This document shows, piece by piece, positions 36,797-50,308 of a DNA stretch of 64,000 nt; positions within the stretch are counted from its first letter, which is position 1; each line of letters starts with the position of its first letter. The stretch comes from Fimicolochytrium jonesii (lineage: Eukaryota): NCBI RefSeq assembly GCF_025526975.1, contig NW_026515668.1:558001-622000 (forward strand), written 5' to 3'. The position numbers and the translations under genes are program-made. The notes beneath the pieces are model-generated. The model ran no database searches and was not told where the DNA came from. It saw only the letters and a list, made by a program, of their open reading frames with translations.

Positions 36797-38763
36797 TTAC
36801 CGAACGGTTTCGGTGAAGTTGCTGGGGAACAAGCCTTTCCTCCGTTTGCCGTTTTCTGAGCCGAGGCCTTCCCACCATCTGCGGAACAAGGGACGTTAAG
36901 AACGATTGGACACGCAAAGACAGTTGAACGGTGGTCTTACCCGTCATCGTGTGTTGCAATGACAGGAATCAGCTGTCCTTTGCCGATGCTCAGTTCTTCA
37001 GCAGCTTGCGCTTGGTAGTCATATAGCACACGCACTGCAGGGGCAAGATTGCGTAAGTCAGGGTGTCGCATTTGCCCCCGTGATCAAAAGGAGAATTCCA
37101 AAAATACCAGAGAACAGAACAGGCATGCTCTCAGGCACAAGATACGGGTCATATTGGAACGTCGAGTCTCCCAGAGCTGGTTCCGCCGACGCGGGGCTCT
37201 TTGGGTCGTGACTAGCCGGTGATAGCTGCCCGTTGGATTGGGATTGCTTCGAGGAGGAGCTGTCCCGCCTCAAATCGGTGTTCGCGTACATTCCGCTGTA
37301 CGGTGCGGGTGCCAGATCTATGCTGCCGGATGCTGTGTCGGGACCGCGGGCTTCGCTGTTTCTTCGGCTGCTGTCTGAGGCGCCGGTGTAGAAGTTGATA
37401 TATTGGAGAGGCTCTACATGGAAAACAGGGTATGAGTTACCGCGCTTATGTCAACTGAATGTACCAAAGCTTGGGCTTACGGGGAATGACGGAACCTGTG
37501 CTGCTCCTATCCAGGAACTGCATCAGATCCTTCTCGAAGTCACATGCTTCCAGCGATACTCGTACTCGCTCGCACGCCTGCACGGAAGATGTGTAAGTCA
37601 TCAGTCAGGAATCTGACGAGCGAAAGTAAGAGTGCACACACACACCTCATCATCCGCCACGCAGACCCCTGATAAGAAGTTAGCGTAGTTCCAGACATTT
37701 CCGCGCAAAAAGTGGAACCGGTCTTCTTCCAATTTTTGGCATTCCTATGAAGCGAGCTAAAGAGTTGAGCTAATTCCATTCAACCCCGAGCCAACAGCCG
37801 GCCTTACTCACCGTGCAAGCAGTCCGGAAATCATCCACCCATTTGCGATGAATCTCGGTCAGCTTGTCAACACCGGCTAGGTAGTCAGCATCGGCTTGCT
37901 TGGCCTGAGCCTGAGTTTTCTGGAGTCTAGCTTTCGTCTGAGAGGTACCAGTATGAGCCAACGTTCGTTCACACTAATATCCAGGGAAAGAAGAGCACAT
38001 CGTACCTTCTCCGCATCTTTCGACGCAGGATCCGGCCTCATTTGCGACAGCTGGGCTGCCTCGGTGCATTTACTCTCATATCGTTCCTTGCATTTCATGA
38101 CAGTGGCGACCTGCGCCGCTTTGGCTTTTTGGTGTTTCTCGACAATGGCGTTGTGCTGCATCGAGGAACGAGAGTATCAGGTATCCGCTCCATTCACTAG
38201 CTGTATTCAACCCTGATTGCAAAAGGCGCCGACGTCGGGCGCTTACGTTCTTCCTGATAGCGCTCTGCGTCAACACGAAATCCGACAACGGCTTCTCCAA
38301 CTTGACGCGAATCTCTTGCGCAAGCTCGATATGGGCCTTGGCCGATTTGTCAATCTCATTCTTCACCACATCCAGCGCTTCACGCAGCGTCCTACAAAAA
38401 GATAACGAATCCTTCCATCAGCAAAGCCATTTCCGGAGATCCCGTCAACCAGTCCACTTCCCAACGCGTCGTCCAGCCCCGTCAACGCACCCTATCTCCT
38501 CCTTCGGGTTGAACTTCGCAGCAAGTTTCGCCATCCGCTTGCCATAATCCTCCTCAATCGCAGCCCGTTCCTTCAGCATGAGGTGCAGCTCTTCACACAC
38601 GTGCTTGCCCTGCTTCATACGGCCCATCAGGACCTCTAGGCCTTTATCATTCTCGCCCTGAATCGATGTCAAAAAGCGGTTAGGCCGTGCGAGCCAGGGC
38701 TTGGCAGCCATAGAAGACTGAGCAGCGTACCCAGAAACTCGTATAAAATGCAGGTTTCTCCAT
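36797..38763 (-). CDS. F-BAR plus SH3 protein (Cdc15/Hof1/PSTPIP family), multi-exon
   Basis: FCH: FYTSFW|GENDKGLEVLMGRMKQGKHVCEEL...ERAAIEEDYGKRMAKLA. SH3: VRVLYDYQAQAAEELSIGKG...DDG|WWEG...KGLFPSNF. Confidence 0.9.
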
Positions 38764-39520
38764 TTTGGCTGACGTTCTCTGTTGAATGTAATTATTGTTT
38801 CGCGCGAGCTTTTCGTTTCGTCAGAGATCAGCGTGTTGTAGGGCCCGGCGCGAGTGGGAGAAGTGCGCTATGTGCAAACAAGACGCCAAGTAGAACCGAC
38901 TGCCAATGTGCCAGCCTATTATAGATATATCGACGAAAAGGACAAGAGAGCGGCAATGGATGGAAGCGAATGTTTTAAAAGTGCATTCAGGGCGCCTTTT
39001 GGTCCCGGTTCCTTGGCTTTTGGCAGTGACACTGGGGGTCGCACGGAATGGATTGCGGACGCGAGACGAGACTTGCGGCCGCTCAATATCTCCCTTTCCT
39101 TATGAGGATCTTTACGTCAACACATCGACTCTACCCTCATATACAATACAGGCTGATGCCGAGCTATTAATATATTTGTATTCACCACAGTCGGCATCCT
39201 CGTCTCCGTGAGAGGAAGACGGTCAAATCGCGCCTCACGCGTCCTCATATGGAGCTGGAGTTGCTAGTTCCGTCAGGCCTCGCAGTTCGTATCAAAATGG
39301 CACAGGAAGAGCTTGTTGCGAACGATGCGAATGAATTCAAAATATAGGTCAGATATCCAGTGTCGAGATGGTCTTCGAGATACAAATGGAAGGCCACTAG
39401 CTCCCGTCACTTCTTCTTAAATACACGAAGTCTCTAAAAGGATTATGTCTTCCACTTCTCCGAGCTCTCTCTTGCTCTTTCTTTCTCTTAAGTTTTTGTC
39501 AATGTGTCGATAAAAGATGT

Positions 39521-40966
39521 TCACATGTGGATGTGGCCCGAGATAGCCTCGGCATGAGCCACCCTGCCCATCAACGCAACGTGGTCCGCCACGTTCTTCA
39601 ATGATAACCGGGCGTTCTCGCTTGCTTGCGCGAAGTGGTGCGTGACGTACTTGATACCCGTCTCCGCCGAGAACTCCTTGACGTACGGAATGCACTTTCG
39701 TAGGTTGTGCCTTGGGACGCGAGGGAAGAGATGGTGGATGGCTTGGTATTGAAGCCCCCCGTGGAACCAGTCCAAGTACCACGGGCACTCGACATCCATT
39801 GTTGTGCGCAACATCTTCGCAGGGAAGGTTTCGTCCTTGCCGAGGTCCTCGAAGGACATCGAAAAGTGAGACATGTTGATCTGGATGTGGAGGAATACGG
39901 TACTCATGTGCGAAATGAGGATCCACATGAGTTTGTAGCGGATACCGGGTATCTGGTATACAACGGTGCCGAGCCAGGTGAAGTAGGAAGCCATCAAAAT
40001 CATCTCGGTGGACCGCTTCTTGTAGTTGGGCTCGGTGAAGAGGAACTGCCACGAGAGGAAGTAAAGGAGGAAGCGTCCAAAGAGCAGCACGATGTAGTAG
40101 TAAAGATGTTGGAAGGGGATCAGCAACTTTGCAACGTCGTCGAAGACAATCGTCCTGTTGTAGTAGGACGAGTAAACGTCGTTAAGGAAGCGCTTCGAGA
40201 GGGCGAAGAACGGAAGTTGCTGGATATCCGGATCGTGCTCGGGGTGGTTGGTGGCGATATGGTGCACATAATGACTCTTCTTCCACCAACCAATCGATAG
40301 ACCACCACAGAAATCGCCAAGGAAAACACCGATCCTCGCGTCGGTCTCACGATCGTGCGTAATGCCGTTGTGACCAGCGTCGTGGGCGGTGAAGGCAGTC
40401 TGATGCCAGAAAGAGCCCATGAACAAGGCACTTAGGGCGTAGTGCCACCACTGGCTGCCGTAGACGATCAGTAACACTGATGAAGTCCAGCATGTGGCAT
40501 ACTGGATAGCATGCGCAACATAGTACCACATGTTCGTCTCGAACAAGCCGGCAGCTTTGATCTTGTGTTCCAGTTTCTTGTAAGCTACGCGGATGCGTTC
40601 CTTCTCCTTCAGCACAACCTTTTCTTCGTCGGTCGGTGGTTCGGTAACGAGCTCCCCAACAAAGTACCGGGGGAGACGTTCATCAATCACCCATCGAGGG
40701 TGCAGGCCGTTGATTTCATCCGTGGCGTCGCAGCCGGCCATGTGCTTCACAACGAGTTCGCCTCCCGGGTGGAACTTCAGGAATGGTGTAGCATTGTAGA
40801 CTTTGCCTTCGTAAATAACAAGGGTTTCACCGTTGGCTACACGCTCGTCGACGGCACGCTTAGTGATGACCTTTGGTGGTGGAGATACACTTCGGGAGCG
40901 GTCACTGCCCGAGTCGGCGAGGTGGAGCTTCGAGTCATGACGCTTGATAAGACGGGGCTCTTCCAT
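39521..40966 (-). CDS. SLD1: Cytochrome b5-fused front-end desaturase, probably delta-8 sphingolipid desaturase (intronless)
   Basis: HPGG heme motif and His boxes HDAGH, HYVHH and QAIHH; TNHPEHDPDIQ is typical of fungal SLD. First in-frame ATG is at 40966; the ORF track starts at a TTG. Confidence 0.88.
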   Translation of the reverse strand: MEEPRLIKRHDSKLHLADSGSDRSRSVSPPPKVITKRAVDERVANGETLVIYEGKVYNATPFLKFHPGGELVVKHMAGCDATDEINGLHPRWVIDERLPRYFVGELVTEPPTDEEKVVLKEKERIRVAYKKLEHKIKAAGLFETNMWYYVAHAIQYATCWTSSVLLIVYGSQWWHYALSALFMGSFWHQTAFTAHDAGHNGITHDRETDARIGVFLGDFCGGLSIGWWKKSHYVHHIATNHPEHDPDIQQLPFFALSKRFLNDVYSSYYNRTIVFDDVAKLLIPFQHLYYYIVLLFGRFLLYFLSWQFLFTEPNYKKRSTEMILMASYFTWLGTVVYQIPGIRYKLMWILISHMSTVFLHIQINMSHFSMSFEDLGKDETFPAKMLRTTMDVECPWYLDWFHGGLQYQAIHHLFPRVPRHNLRKCIPYVKEFSAETGIKYVTHHFAQASENARLSLKNVADHVALMGRVAHAEAISGHIHM

Positions 40967-42936
40967 ACTGGGCAAAGATCGAGAAGACTTCGAGGGTATC
41001 GATACGCTGATAGTAAGCACGGCAATTGAAACGAGGAGGCTGGTAAGCAAGAGGACATTCACCCTCGCGGTAGGTCGCAAGCCGAGACACCGCAATTACT
41101 GACCTCGAGAGCGCTGTGAAACCAATGACGAGTGGATATGTTGAAGCACGTTCAAGCGTTACGCACGAGACGCCCGACGCGAGAAGATACCCAAGCTGAA
41201 ACTTGCGACCGAACAAATGGACCCGGGAGTGTCTCGAAGTCGAGTGCTGTGCCAATGCCTATGCAAGAAAGGGGCCCTGCTGAACGAGCCGAGACTTCAA
41301 AAAGTGCGGCCGCTTATATACAGGGTGCGTAGTATTACCCCAATCCGCTTTCGTCCATATGGTTTGTTTGGTAGTCGCACACGGGCCTGAGCTGGATCTG
41401 GAAGGCGCGTTGGGCCGCCAAGCAAGCGGCCCAAGCAATATGTCGCATCCCCATCAGCTCACACATTCAACTAACTTTAGCACGCACAACGCGAGAACGG
41501 GCCATGGGAAGGGCCGCTACCGGAGCCTCGTAGCTATGCCCCCACGGGCCTACCAACCCTGCGGCCCCAGGGCACCCTCCGAGGGCACTGCCTCACGAGC
41601 TGAGAAAATGATCCCATACCATCACCCTGAGTCGGGCCAGTTTTTGCTGGGCCCCGGTATACGAGATCACGTTTTCGTCTACCGCTTCCGCGGATCAGTC
41701 TCGATCGGCGATTAACATACATACGGAAACATCGAGGCGCCGAAGGTCCGAAAACATCGCCCGCAACCGCTGACGATACATAGTGCTTTCTCGAAGAACA
41801 TATAAACGTACTCGGTCTTCCGCCTGACAACCGATGCTCAATAGTGCGACCACCAGCTTATCTTGGTGATTTACATGCGGGTGGAAGAAGGGAGGTTTTC
41901 GGGGTGCTGTCGAGTGATGATTGAGGATGCTTCGTCTTCGCGATGCACCGAAGGAATCATGAGCTTGGACCCTTTTCCAGTATTCGGCAGCGTCGATGCC
42001 ATCTCAAGTTTCTCCACGTATCCAGAGCGCTCATAAGTGGCTGCGTTCATGGCAGAGGCAAAACCTTTGCATTTGCAGCAGGTGCGGAAATCAAAGACGA
42101 CTGAACTGCACGAATACGACAGATTTATGTCGGTAAACCGTCGTTCTCATTTGGAAGAAGGGCCTCACGACATCGCGAGGAAGCTGCACCCGCTAGAGTG
42201 CAGTTTAGCCGAGTTTAAGGTTACGCGTGAACTTAAATAGACTCAAGGTTAGGTTATGGTTATGGTAAGTCACCGGCCCCCTGGTTAGGATTAGGGTTAT
42301 ACGGTTAGGATAGGGTTAGGGTGGGTGGGGGCTTGCTTAAGGAAGGGGTCAGTAATTTATTGAAAATAAATATATTATTTAAATGGTGACCCTTAACCGG
42401 GTACCTTAAATCCGAAAACCCACTACAGTAAACTGCACCCTTACCGCTGCACCCCTGTGATGAGGGCACGATGCTCGCGGGAGTGCTGATATGTGGACAG
42501 TGTGCGATGCGCCTTTCATGTGCACTCAGCGCTTCAGAGCTTCTGGACCAGGATCTCTAAGAAATTCGTGCATATAACGATCCTCGGAATGCAGTTTGGC
42601 TGCAGGCCAATAGCCTTCCTTATTAAGAGTGTTGATTTACGATGGCATAATGAACCTTTTTGGGCTGATCCAAAGCATCCGATCTATCTGCATCCCAAGA
42701 GGCGGGACTTGGATACGTCTGGCGCAATGTCTAAGGGGTTCCTTCGAACAGAAACGCTCGCACAGTTGAAGGACTTCGTCAGACTTTTGAAGCACGCGTC
42801 GATATCCTGCCCTACACGTGGGAGAATGTGAGAATTTAGGAGAATTTACCCACATGGAACCATAGAACGATGACTGGCCAGGCCAGTGTCAGTGTCCCTC
42901 GCACTACGCACTTCCTGGGGGATCCTCAGCGGAGAT

Positions 42937-44502
42937 ATGTCTTATGGCATGCAACAGGTATTGCCGTTGTATTCCGATGGAATGCCGAGTACTTTGCCGC
43001 CATCGTTGACTATTCTTCTCGAACACGCTAGTATTTGCGCAGATATATGCCTGGACAGTGTTATCTCGGCTATACAAGCTGTTCAAGTTTTTTGCTCGCT
43101 TCATAACCGGAAAGTCTGAGTTGGTGGGTTCGCAGTGGGAGATCATGAGTATTTGTGTAGCCATCGCTGACTTTGCCGTGGAAGGATAGAGGCGCCTCTG
43201 CGAGCCGGCAGCGCAAGCTCGGGGATCAAGGAGCGATTCTATCCCTCTTGTAGATCTCCCGCCGCAAAGTCGACCGTCTTCAAGTAAAGACGCCACGAAC
43301 GAGTCCTTCTTAGCAGCCCCGAGAAACGAACATGTCAGCGGATACCTAGTGTATCGCGTAGGTGTGGAAACCAAACCGAGCAAATTGCCGGATGGCGCAT
43401 GATGAACGCAGGTCTGACTGGGAGCGGCTATGTCCTGTATTAGAATGCTCGCTGGCCGCGTCAACGCAGCTGATTGGGGAGTGGCGGGACATGCAGCGGT
43501 TCGATGACGATGGTGAACAGGCGATCGAGTCAGTTATGCGGAAGAAGGGGTTTTCTACACATGGGGGTGCTTTCACGTAAGATAAGGATTACTTGGGCGA
43601 CCGTGACCTACTCGGCGGGTCATCTGTTGAACCGATTTGCCTTAGGTCCCCGGCATCTTCGAACTTCCGCCACTGTGTCCGTGAGATTCGAGCAAGCTAC
43701 GCTGTGGTGGATATATTGCAAAAACGGGCTGCTACAACGTTCGATAGCGGTGATGCACAGCATGAGAAGATGTTGCTTGAGGTAGGATCCTCCGTCATCA
43801 AGAAGGTGGATTATATGGACAAATCTCACCATACGCTATGAACCACTGAACATACAGTTCTGGAGGTTGGCGAAGCCAAACGAAACCTTGAGGAACCGCA
43901 TCTCGGACCAGTGGCAGACGATAGGGTTCCAAGGGAAGGATCCTGCGACAGACTTCCGCGGCATGGGCCTTCTGGTGAGGGTCCGGAATTGTACCCTGTG
44001 ACGAAATTCTCTACTAACATTTCGCTACCGCAGGGTTTGGACAATCTGATATACTACGCGCGACATCATCCCAAGTCGTTCCAGCGAGTCTTGGAGATCT
44101 CGCATCACCCTACTGCATGGTAACGCACACAGACTGGAATCTGGAACCTCGCGAAGGTGAACTCATCCGCTTTTCCTTACATCGACTCCCAGGTTCTCGA
44201 TGTCCATCGTGGGAATCAACATCACAGGCTTTGTGTTGGAACTCGCACGAAAGGGAAAACTCCAGCTCTTCTTCTATACGTTCGGTTCTTCGGAAAATAC
44301 GTTTGGAGAGGTCTACTCTTACATCTTCGACGGGTTTGCACAATTCTGGGATGCGCAACATGGGATCACCGTAATGGACTTTAGTCGGATGTTCAAAATG
44401 TTCCAGGGAGTAGTGAAGTTAGACATCGCGACAATGAGGCGGCCAACCTTACTTGGCTACACGGAAGAGGAAGATGGCGGGGAGGAAAAGAAAAGACTTT
44501 GA
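42937..44502 (+). CDS. ELMO-domain protein (ELMOD, ARF/ARL GAP), multi-exon
   Basis: LFKFFARFITGKSEL; FDSGDAQHEKMLLE|FWRL; QWQTIGFQGKDPATDFRGMGLL|GLDNLIYYA; SIVGINIT; ITVMDF. Confidence 0.88.
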
Positions 44503-44692
44503 AGCTATCAACGGTCGCTTCAGTGAACGAGCTGATCCAAAAAGAGGTATTGCATTCTTTGTAAGAGATACTGTAGATCAACAGAGACAGACGTAGGTCG
44601 CGGCCATCGTTTCCTGTAATCTGTCAAAATTGCCGTTCTGTGCAATGCGCGCCGGGCCATTCGAGTAAATCACTTCGCCGCCTAAAGGATTT

Positions 44693-46979
44693 TCACCTCG
44701 AATGCGCCGCCTCTTCAGCCAGATAGTACGAGTGGTAGACTGCAAAGTGGTCGGGATGGTGCGGCTGTCGTTGATCATATGACTTGTCGTGCTGTAGAGC
44801 CGATCGACGAACCGTCGTGGCTTGAGCGATCTCCGCTGCGACCCTGTTGTTTTCCCTCCGATACGACGTTTGATGTGCGGCTGCCACTGCCTCCGCTGGT
44901 GATAGGTGTGTTTTATTTCCCGCTATTGCGTTCGTTTGTTGCGTTTGTTGTATGTTATGCAACGTAACCATATGTGCTTCGAGACTAAGACGGGTGACCA
45001 GGTGTGAGTCTTGGTAGAAATGTGAGGGGAGGTGCACTACAAACCGTCGTACCTTTGTTGTGACCGGAAAGAACGCATGCAGGACGGGCATTCCAGCTGG
45101 ATCTGGACCCCCGTGTCGGGCGAAGTTGAAGGATCCAGGTCGGGATGCGCCGACTCCATGTGCCCGAGATACCCTTGCGGGGTTTTGTATTGCTTCCGGC
45201 ATGCTATTGGCCAGATACGGGCGTTAGCAGACCGGATCAACTGATCACCAGTCGACAGGTGATGAGCTCTCACCAGTGCATTTGTATATTCTGACGCCCG
45301 TGGCGAAGTCCTGATCATGTGATGTTTCGTCGATGATGTGGGCGGCCCATGCCTGGGGATTCGCGTAGATTTGATGACATCCCGAAACTAATTTCATGCG
45401 TTAACACGGTTTCCCATAAGACGCTGGCAAGCTCTGCACCCTGCGGTGGCCTTACCAGCACACTTGTATGCTTTCAAGCCTGTAGCCGAGTCGGTATCGA
45501 CATAGTGACCGGCCATAGGTTCCATATCGGTATGCGACGTCTCAATGATGTGTCCCGCCCATCCCTGAGGAGTCCTAGAATTGAGGAGCCGGCCGGAAGT
45601 CAGTTTCTGTGCTGGAAATGGCTGACTGGCTTGCGGGCATCTCGAAACCGAAAGAATAGGGCCGCCACATTCTTCGTAACCTACCTGTAACTCCGACGGC
45701 ATCCGGAAACTGGTTGATGCATCGTCGTTAGCATGATTACGAAAAGACAGGGAACTTCCAGCTCACATCGTAGTACCAGCGCATTTGTAAGGCTTGAGCA
45801 AGGTGGGTGAAGATGCTTTCACAGTTTGTGCAGATATCGGCTCCATATCCGCATGCGCCGTCTCGATATGCCCACTTAGCCCTTGAGGTGACTTGAAAGA
45901 AGATGAACATACTGGTATAGCAAGCTATTAGTTACATTCGCCTGCTGCGGTCCGAAATTTGAAAACACACTTCCTTACCAGCACACTTGTATGCTTTGAC
46001 TCCTGTGCCTGTGTTTCCTTCGACGTTATGACCAGTTGCCTTTCCTTTCGACAAATGATATGCTGCAAGAAGGAAAAACATGTCAGAGAGCGTCACCCAG
46101 CTCTAGAACAAAGATGACCTGGCCATACCCAATCCATTCGCGTTCTTATATGCCTTGTCGCAGCCCTGTACATGACGCCAGAGAGGAAGGTAAGGATGCG
46201 TGCCCCGAATGGGATAGGGATACTTTTCTATCTAACCTTGTAGGGACAAGTGAAGGGCTTCTCGACTTCAATATCTGGTTGTTTCTTCGGCGTTACTGGT
46301 GTGGGTGGCCTACAAGCGTCGTGGTTCTTCTCGATGTGATAGGCTGGAAGCAAATCGTTCTAAGTATAATCTCCTAAGGCAACGGCAGCTGGCCAGTCGA
46401 GCGGCCAATACCTAGCCCATTCGAGTTCTTGTAACTTCTATCGCAGCCCTTTATGATGCACTTATAAGGTCTGGGATCGTCCAAATCCATCGGCTGCGTC
46501 GAATGCGACACTTGACTATGGTATAGAAGCCCGTTGAGCTTTTTGTATTTCTTCTCACAACCATCGACGATGCAATGGTAAGGCTTCCCATTCTCGTCGT
46601 CCTCTACTATTCCGTCCATGAGGGGTATGTGCTCTCTCGGCGCGGCTGCCTTCTCCGGTGTGGTCCCAGGTGTTCGACTTTGTTCCCCATGAACCAACGT
46701 TGCGACTCGAATTTGCCAAGGAGATGGCGTGTAGCCGAACTGACCGACTGGCCCTTGACCAGGGGACAGCTGAGGGCCTGCGGTACGTTCATGAGGGGTC
46801 CCCTGTGCTGCGTTGACGGTGCGTGGTCTCCGTGCTTCATCAAGCAAATGCGTCAAAGCATTCTGTTCCCGTACGTCGTGTGTCACTTTCGCCCGCTTGG
46901 CATTGTTCTCAGACTCCTCCCCGCTCGGCCTCTTTCGGGAACTTGTTGAAATAAAGTGTCCCTCCTCGACGGGCGTCAT
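44693..46979 (-). CDS. Multi-C2H2 zinc finger protein (Sfp1-like finger type); ends approximate
   Basis: KPYHCIVDGCEKKYKKLNGLLYHSQVSH, RPYKCIIKGCDRSYKNSNGL, KPFTCPYK|GCDKAYKNANGL, further KAYKCA fingers and CPSCMRSF; NLS-like KRAKV. Confidence 0.8.
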
Positions 46980-47563
46980 TCTTCAAGAGTCCTGCAGGTC
47001 GCGGTGTTGTGGGGAATTGTGGGGACGTCCGCAGGTCACACGGAGGACTTCCTCCCTTTCTCAGATAGAATGCTACGACCAAGCCTGACAAGCAGGAATT
47101 CAAGGCCAAAGTATGCACAGTGATATGTGATCAGGGAGGGGTCTTGTCGAGTGCGACGATGCGAGGGAAAGAAAAAAAAAATTCGACTCGGAGACGCGAC
47201 CCGACGTGCCCGGCTTCACAGGGTGACAAACATATGCGACTGCCCTACTAGCGACCACATAAGGGTCGGCGCGTGGAAAGAGTGTGGATTACGCTGAGGA
47301 ACAATCGGCAAAAAGCAACGACACTTTTTTTTTCAGAATGCATTTTTGTCTAATGTCACGTGAATAGAAGAGTTAATATCAAAGCCAGCTTTACTCGCCG
47401 CTGCAAAATGGCACTCCGCTTCAACATCTTTCGAAGCGCAATCGCAATTTGACCTTGAAAACAGGAACATACGTTTTCAAAAGAGAAGGCCGTCGGACAC
47501 TTCAGCAACCTCAACGAACTTTCCGCCTTCTGAAACCCCAATCTAACGTCAAACCCCCACGCA

Positions 47564-47914
47564 ATGTCCGCCCCAGTCCACGACCCCACCATCGCCATCA
47601 CCTCCGTCCCCCGCTTCTCCCCCGTCGCCCTCCGCTCCAACATCTCCACCCTCCAATACGCCCGCTCCTCCCTCGCCTTCCTCTCCGGCGCCGCAGCAGG
47701 CATCCTCGGTCTGCAGGGCTGGCTGCACGGCTTTCTCTTCTACGCCGCCTGCTCGCTGATCATGTCGATCTCGCTGTGGGTGAAATCGGGGTTCGCGCCA
47801 ACGAAATTCTTCCCGACGGCGGAGGCGGTGTGGACGAGCGAGGTGGCGGGGAACGCGTTTAGTTATTTGCTGTTTTGGACGTTGGCTTATGGGCTTGTGC
47901 ATGTCTATGATTGA
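47564..47914 (+). CDS. EMC6: ER membrane protein complex subunit 6
   Basis: N...RSSLAFLSGAAAGILGLQG..GFLFY and FSYLLFWTLAYGLVHVYD*. Confidence 0.93.
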   Translation: MSAPVHDPTIAITSVPRFSPVALRSNISTLQYARSSLAFLSGAAAGILGLQGWLHGFLFYAACSLIMSISLWVKSGFAPTKFFPTAEAVWTSEVAGNAFSYLLFWTLAYGLVHVYD

Positions 47915-48539
47915 GTTTGGGACGAAAATGTGGACGACGAATGCTACAAGGCTGGGCGATCGAAATGCACTTAACGGATTTTATGCTTACACTCGGCACA
48001 CGGACGATCGGCACATCTGATACAACCCACGAACGACCGCGATTCACCAAAGACCGCATTGTGAGCTATTTGGCTGCGAGATAGAACGAGAAAATGGCCA
48101 AAGTCGAGCTTCCTGACGTCGGCTGTTTGCTATCCTGCGCGCACATCATACCCAGCGGCGCACCTTTTGTAAATAGATCTTTTGACGAGACGCTTGACGC
48201 ATCTTCGAATATACCGGGGCTCTATGGCTTGGTACAATTAGCCACTGAGTTTATGTCAATTCCTGACGAGACATCTGATTGGCGGACGAGCAAACGTCGA
48301 TTCCCCACACGAGGGAGCCAGAAAAGCGCATACACACATCAACGCAAGGAGCAGACTATCACCGAAACGGAAGAGTTTCCCGCGTGTTTCTCATACTTAC
48401 ACAAAATTAGAAACACAATCGCTGTCTGCGCCAAGCGCACGACCAATAGTTACACCTCTCACACCGGAGACCTCCATAGAGGGGCTCCCAACGCCGCCGC
48501 TACATAGATGTGGACATCTGCCATCCCCCGTGTGGCACT

Positions 48540-49682
48540 CTAGTACATCCTTGATGGGTAAGGCTGGATACTGCTGATGGGCAAGGCGGACTCGATCGCA
48601 GCAATGTCGAGGCCGTTCTGTTTCGCAACTGGACCTGTTGATGGAGGGGGTCAGAGTCTCAAATCAGGTACTGAGCAATACAATCCAAGCTTACAATCAC
48701 GATGGGCGAGTAGCAACGTCTTAAGGTTGAGGATCTCTTCTCGCAACTGTGTGGCTTGACTTTGCAGCGCTCCGTTGTTATCGGTGAGATGATCGACCTT
48801 AGCTTGCAAACTTTGCAACCACTGTTTCTTCTTTTGACGACATTTGAGAGCCGCTGCAAAATGATCCATAGCTTATTAGCACGCAGTCAAGCGTCATATG
48901 CACATCGTAGTATGAACTACATACCCTGACGATTTCGTTCCAAGAACGTCTTCCGCTTCTCTTCCGGGTCCATATCATCATCAGATTTCTCTCCCTCCTC
49001 ACCGTCGCCCTTGCTCGACGAGCCAGATGTCTTCGACGGTTCCGAGTCCGCCTTTTTCTTTGTGCCACCATTGTTATGCCGTTTGCTGCTGCTAGACTTT
49101 GAAGGCCTCCCTGGCGTTTCCACTGTCTCCGCGGCAGGCATCTCATGACCTCGCCCACGTTTCTTAGATGTCTTCGTGTCGCTCTTCCTTGCTGCAGACT
49201 GTTTGTTCGGGAGCAGTTCCTCTGCAAGCCACTGAGTAGCTGTCGGAGTGGGAGGAACCGGTTTTCTCGACCTATCGGTATCGTTCCGCATATCTAGCAA
49301 CGCAGCGGCAGCTACTTGCGGCGATGTCGGTTCGTACGCAGCGCGGGATTGGTCGGGCCTCATCGTTTCGTGAGGCGCTTCAGAAAGATACGGTGGTCTG
49401 TGTTGGTCTGGCGGCATGTACATCATCGCTTGTGGATGCTGGTGTGGTGCGGACATTGAGTACTGTTGCGTCGGATCCGGCATAATGTTCTGCGGGAGGC
49501 CGGGATGCACAGCAACCATAGGGACCGTTTGCTGATGTGGTATTTGATCTTGGTAATTGTATGCAGGAGGGACCATTCCTCGAGGTATGTCGGACGCGAC
49601 ATGAGCCACTGGACCGCGCGGAGCCGGATGCACAAATTCCATTGGCCGGTGAGGTTGCATATCGTGTGATGGTAACGGATGC

Positions 49683-49713
<31 letters not shown>

Positions 49714-50308
49714 GGTGCTGGTGATGGGGATCGTGGAGACTAATGTGCTGTGATGGATTCGGATGCAGTGGTAGGCCCAGAGACGCTAGCGTGGCACTCA
49801 AAGGTGTGAGCATTCCCATTCCTCCTGGCCCTGGGGTGAAACCAGTCCTGAAGCCATAGTTGTCCGGAGCTCTCGACGTGGGTATCAGTGGGGGAAGAAT
49901 AGGGTTGGGACTGGACGCGAAGCCGGACCCGCTTGGCGGCTCAGCGCGCTTGCCCTGCTGTTGAGCGGAGAAGCTGAATTCGAAAGGATTTGGTTCTGCC
50001 TCCAGATTCGACGACGGTGTCAGGCCTGTCACAAACCGATTTGGCGTGGTAGCTATCGTCACTAATGGAGATGGTGAGATGCCGGGAGGGAAGTCCAACA
50101 GAGATTGCCGTGCCGAAGGAAGGGGGAGAGTGAAAGAACCAGGCGTCCCACGCGATTCTGCCATGGTTTTCGCTGGTGGAGATAGCCTGGGCAGCGGTGA
50201 GACTATTTTCGGAGTATTCACGCTCTTCGCAGCAGGCGCAGGTGAAGGATTCCTCCCCGGAGACCCATCCCGTCGGTACTCAGAGCCTGAACGAGCGACA
50301 GCAGCCAT
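48540..50308 (-). CDS. ATF1: ATF/CREB bZIP transcription factor (Atf1/AtfA-like), 2 introns
   Basis: LEAEPNPFEFSF (Aft1_OSA-like) and RTGFTPG (HRA-like); bZIP EEKRKTFLERNRQ|AALKCRQKKKQWLQSLQ...LKTLLLAHRDC|PVA. Confidence 0.88.

Noticed and set aside
40967..41095. N-terminal hydrophobic extension of the desaturase ORF
   Set aside because: It starts at TTG, and the first ATG (40966) already gives a complete b5-desaturase.
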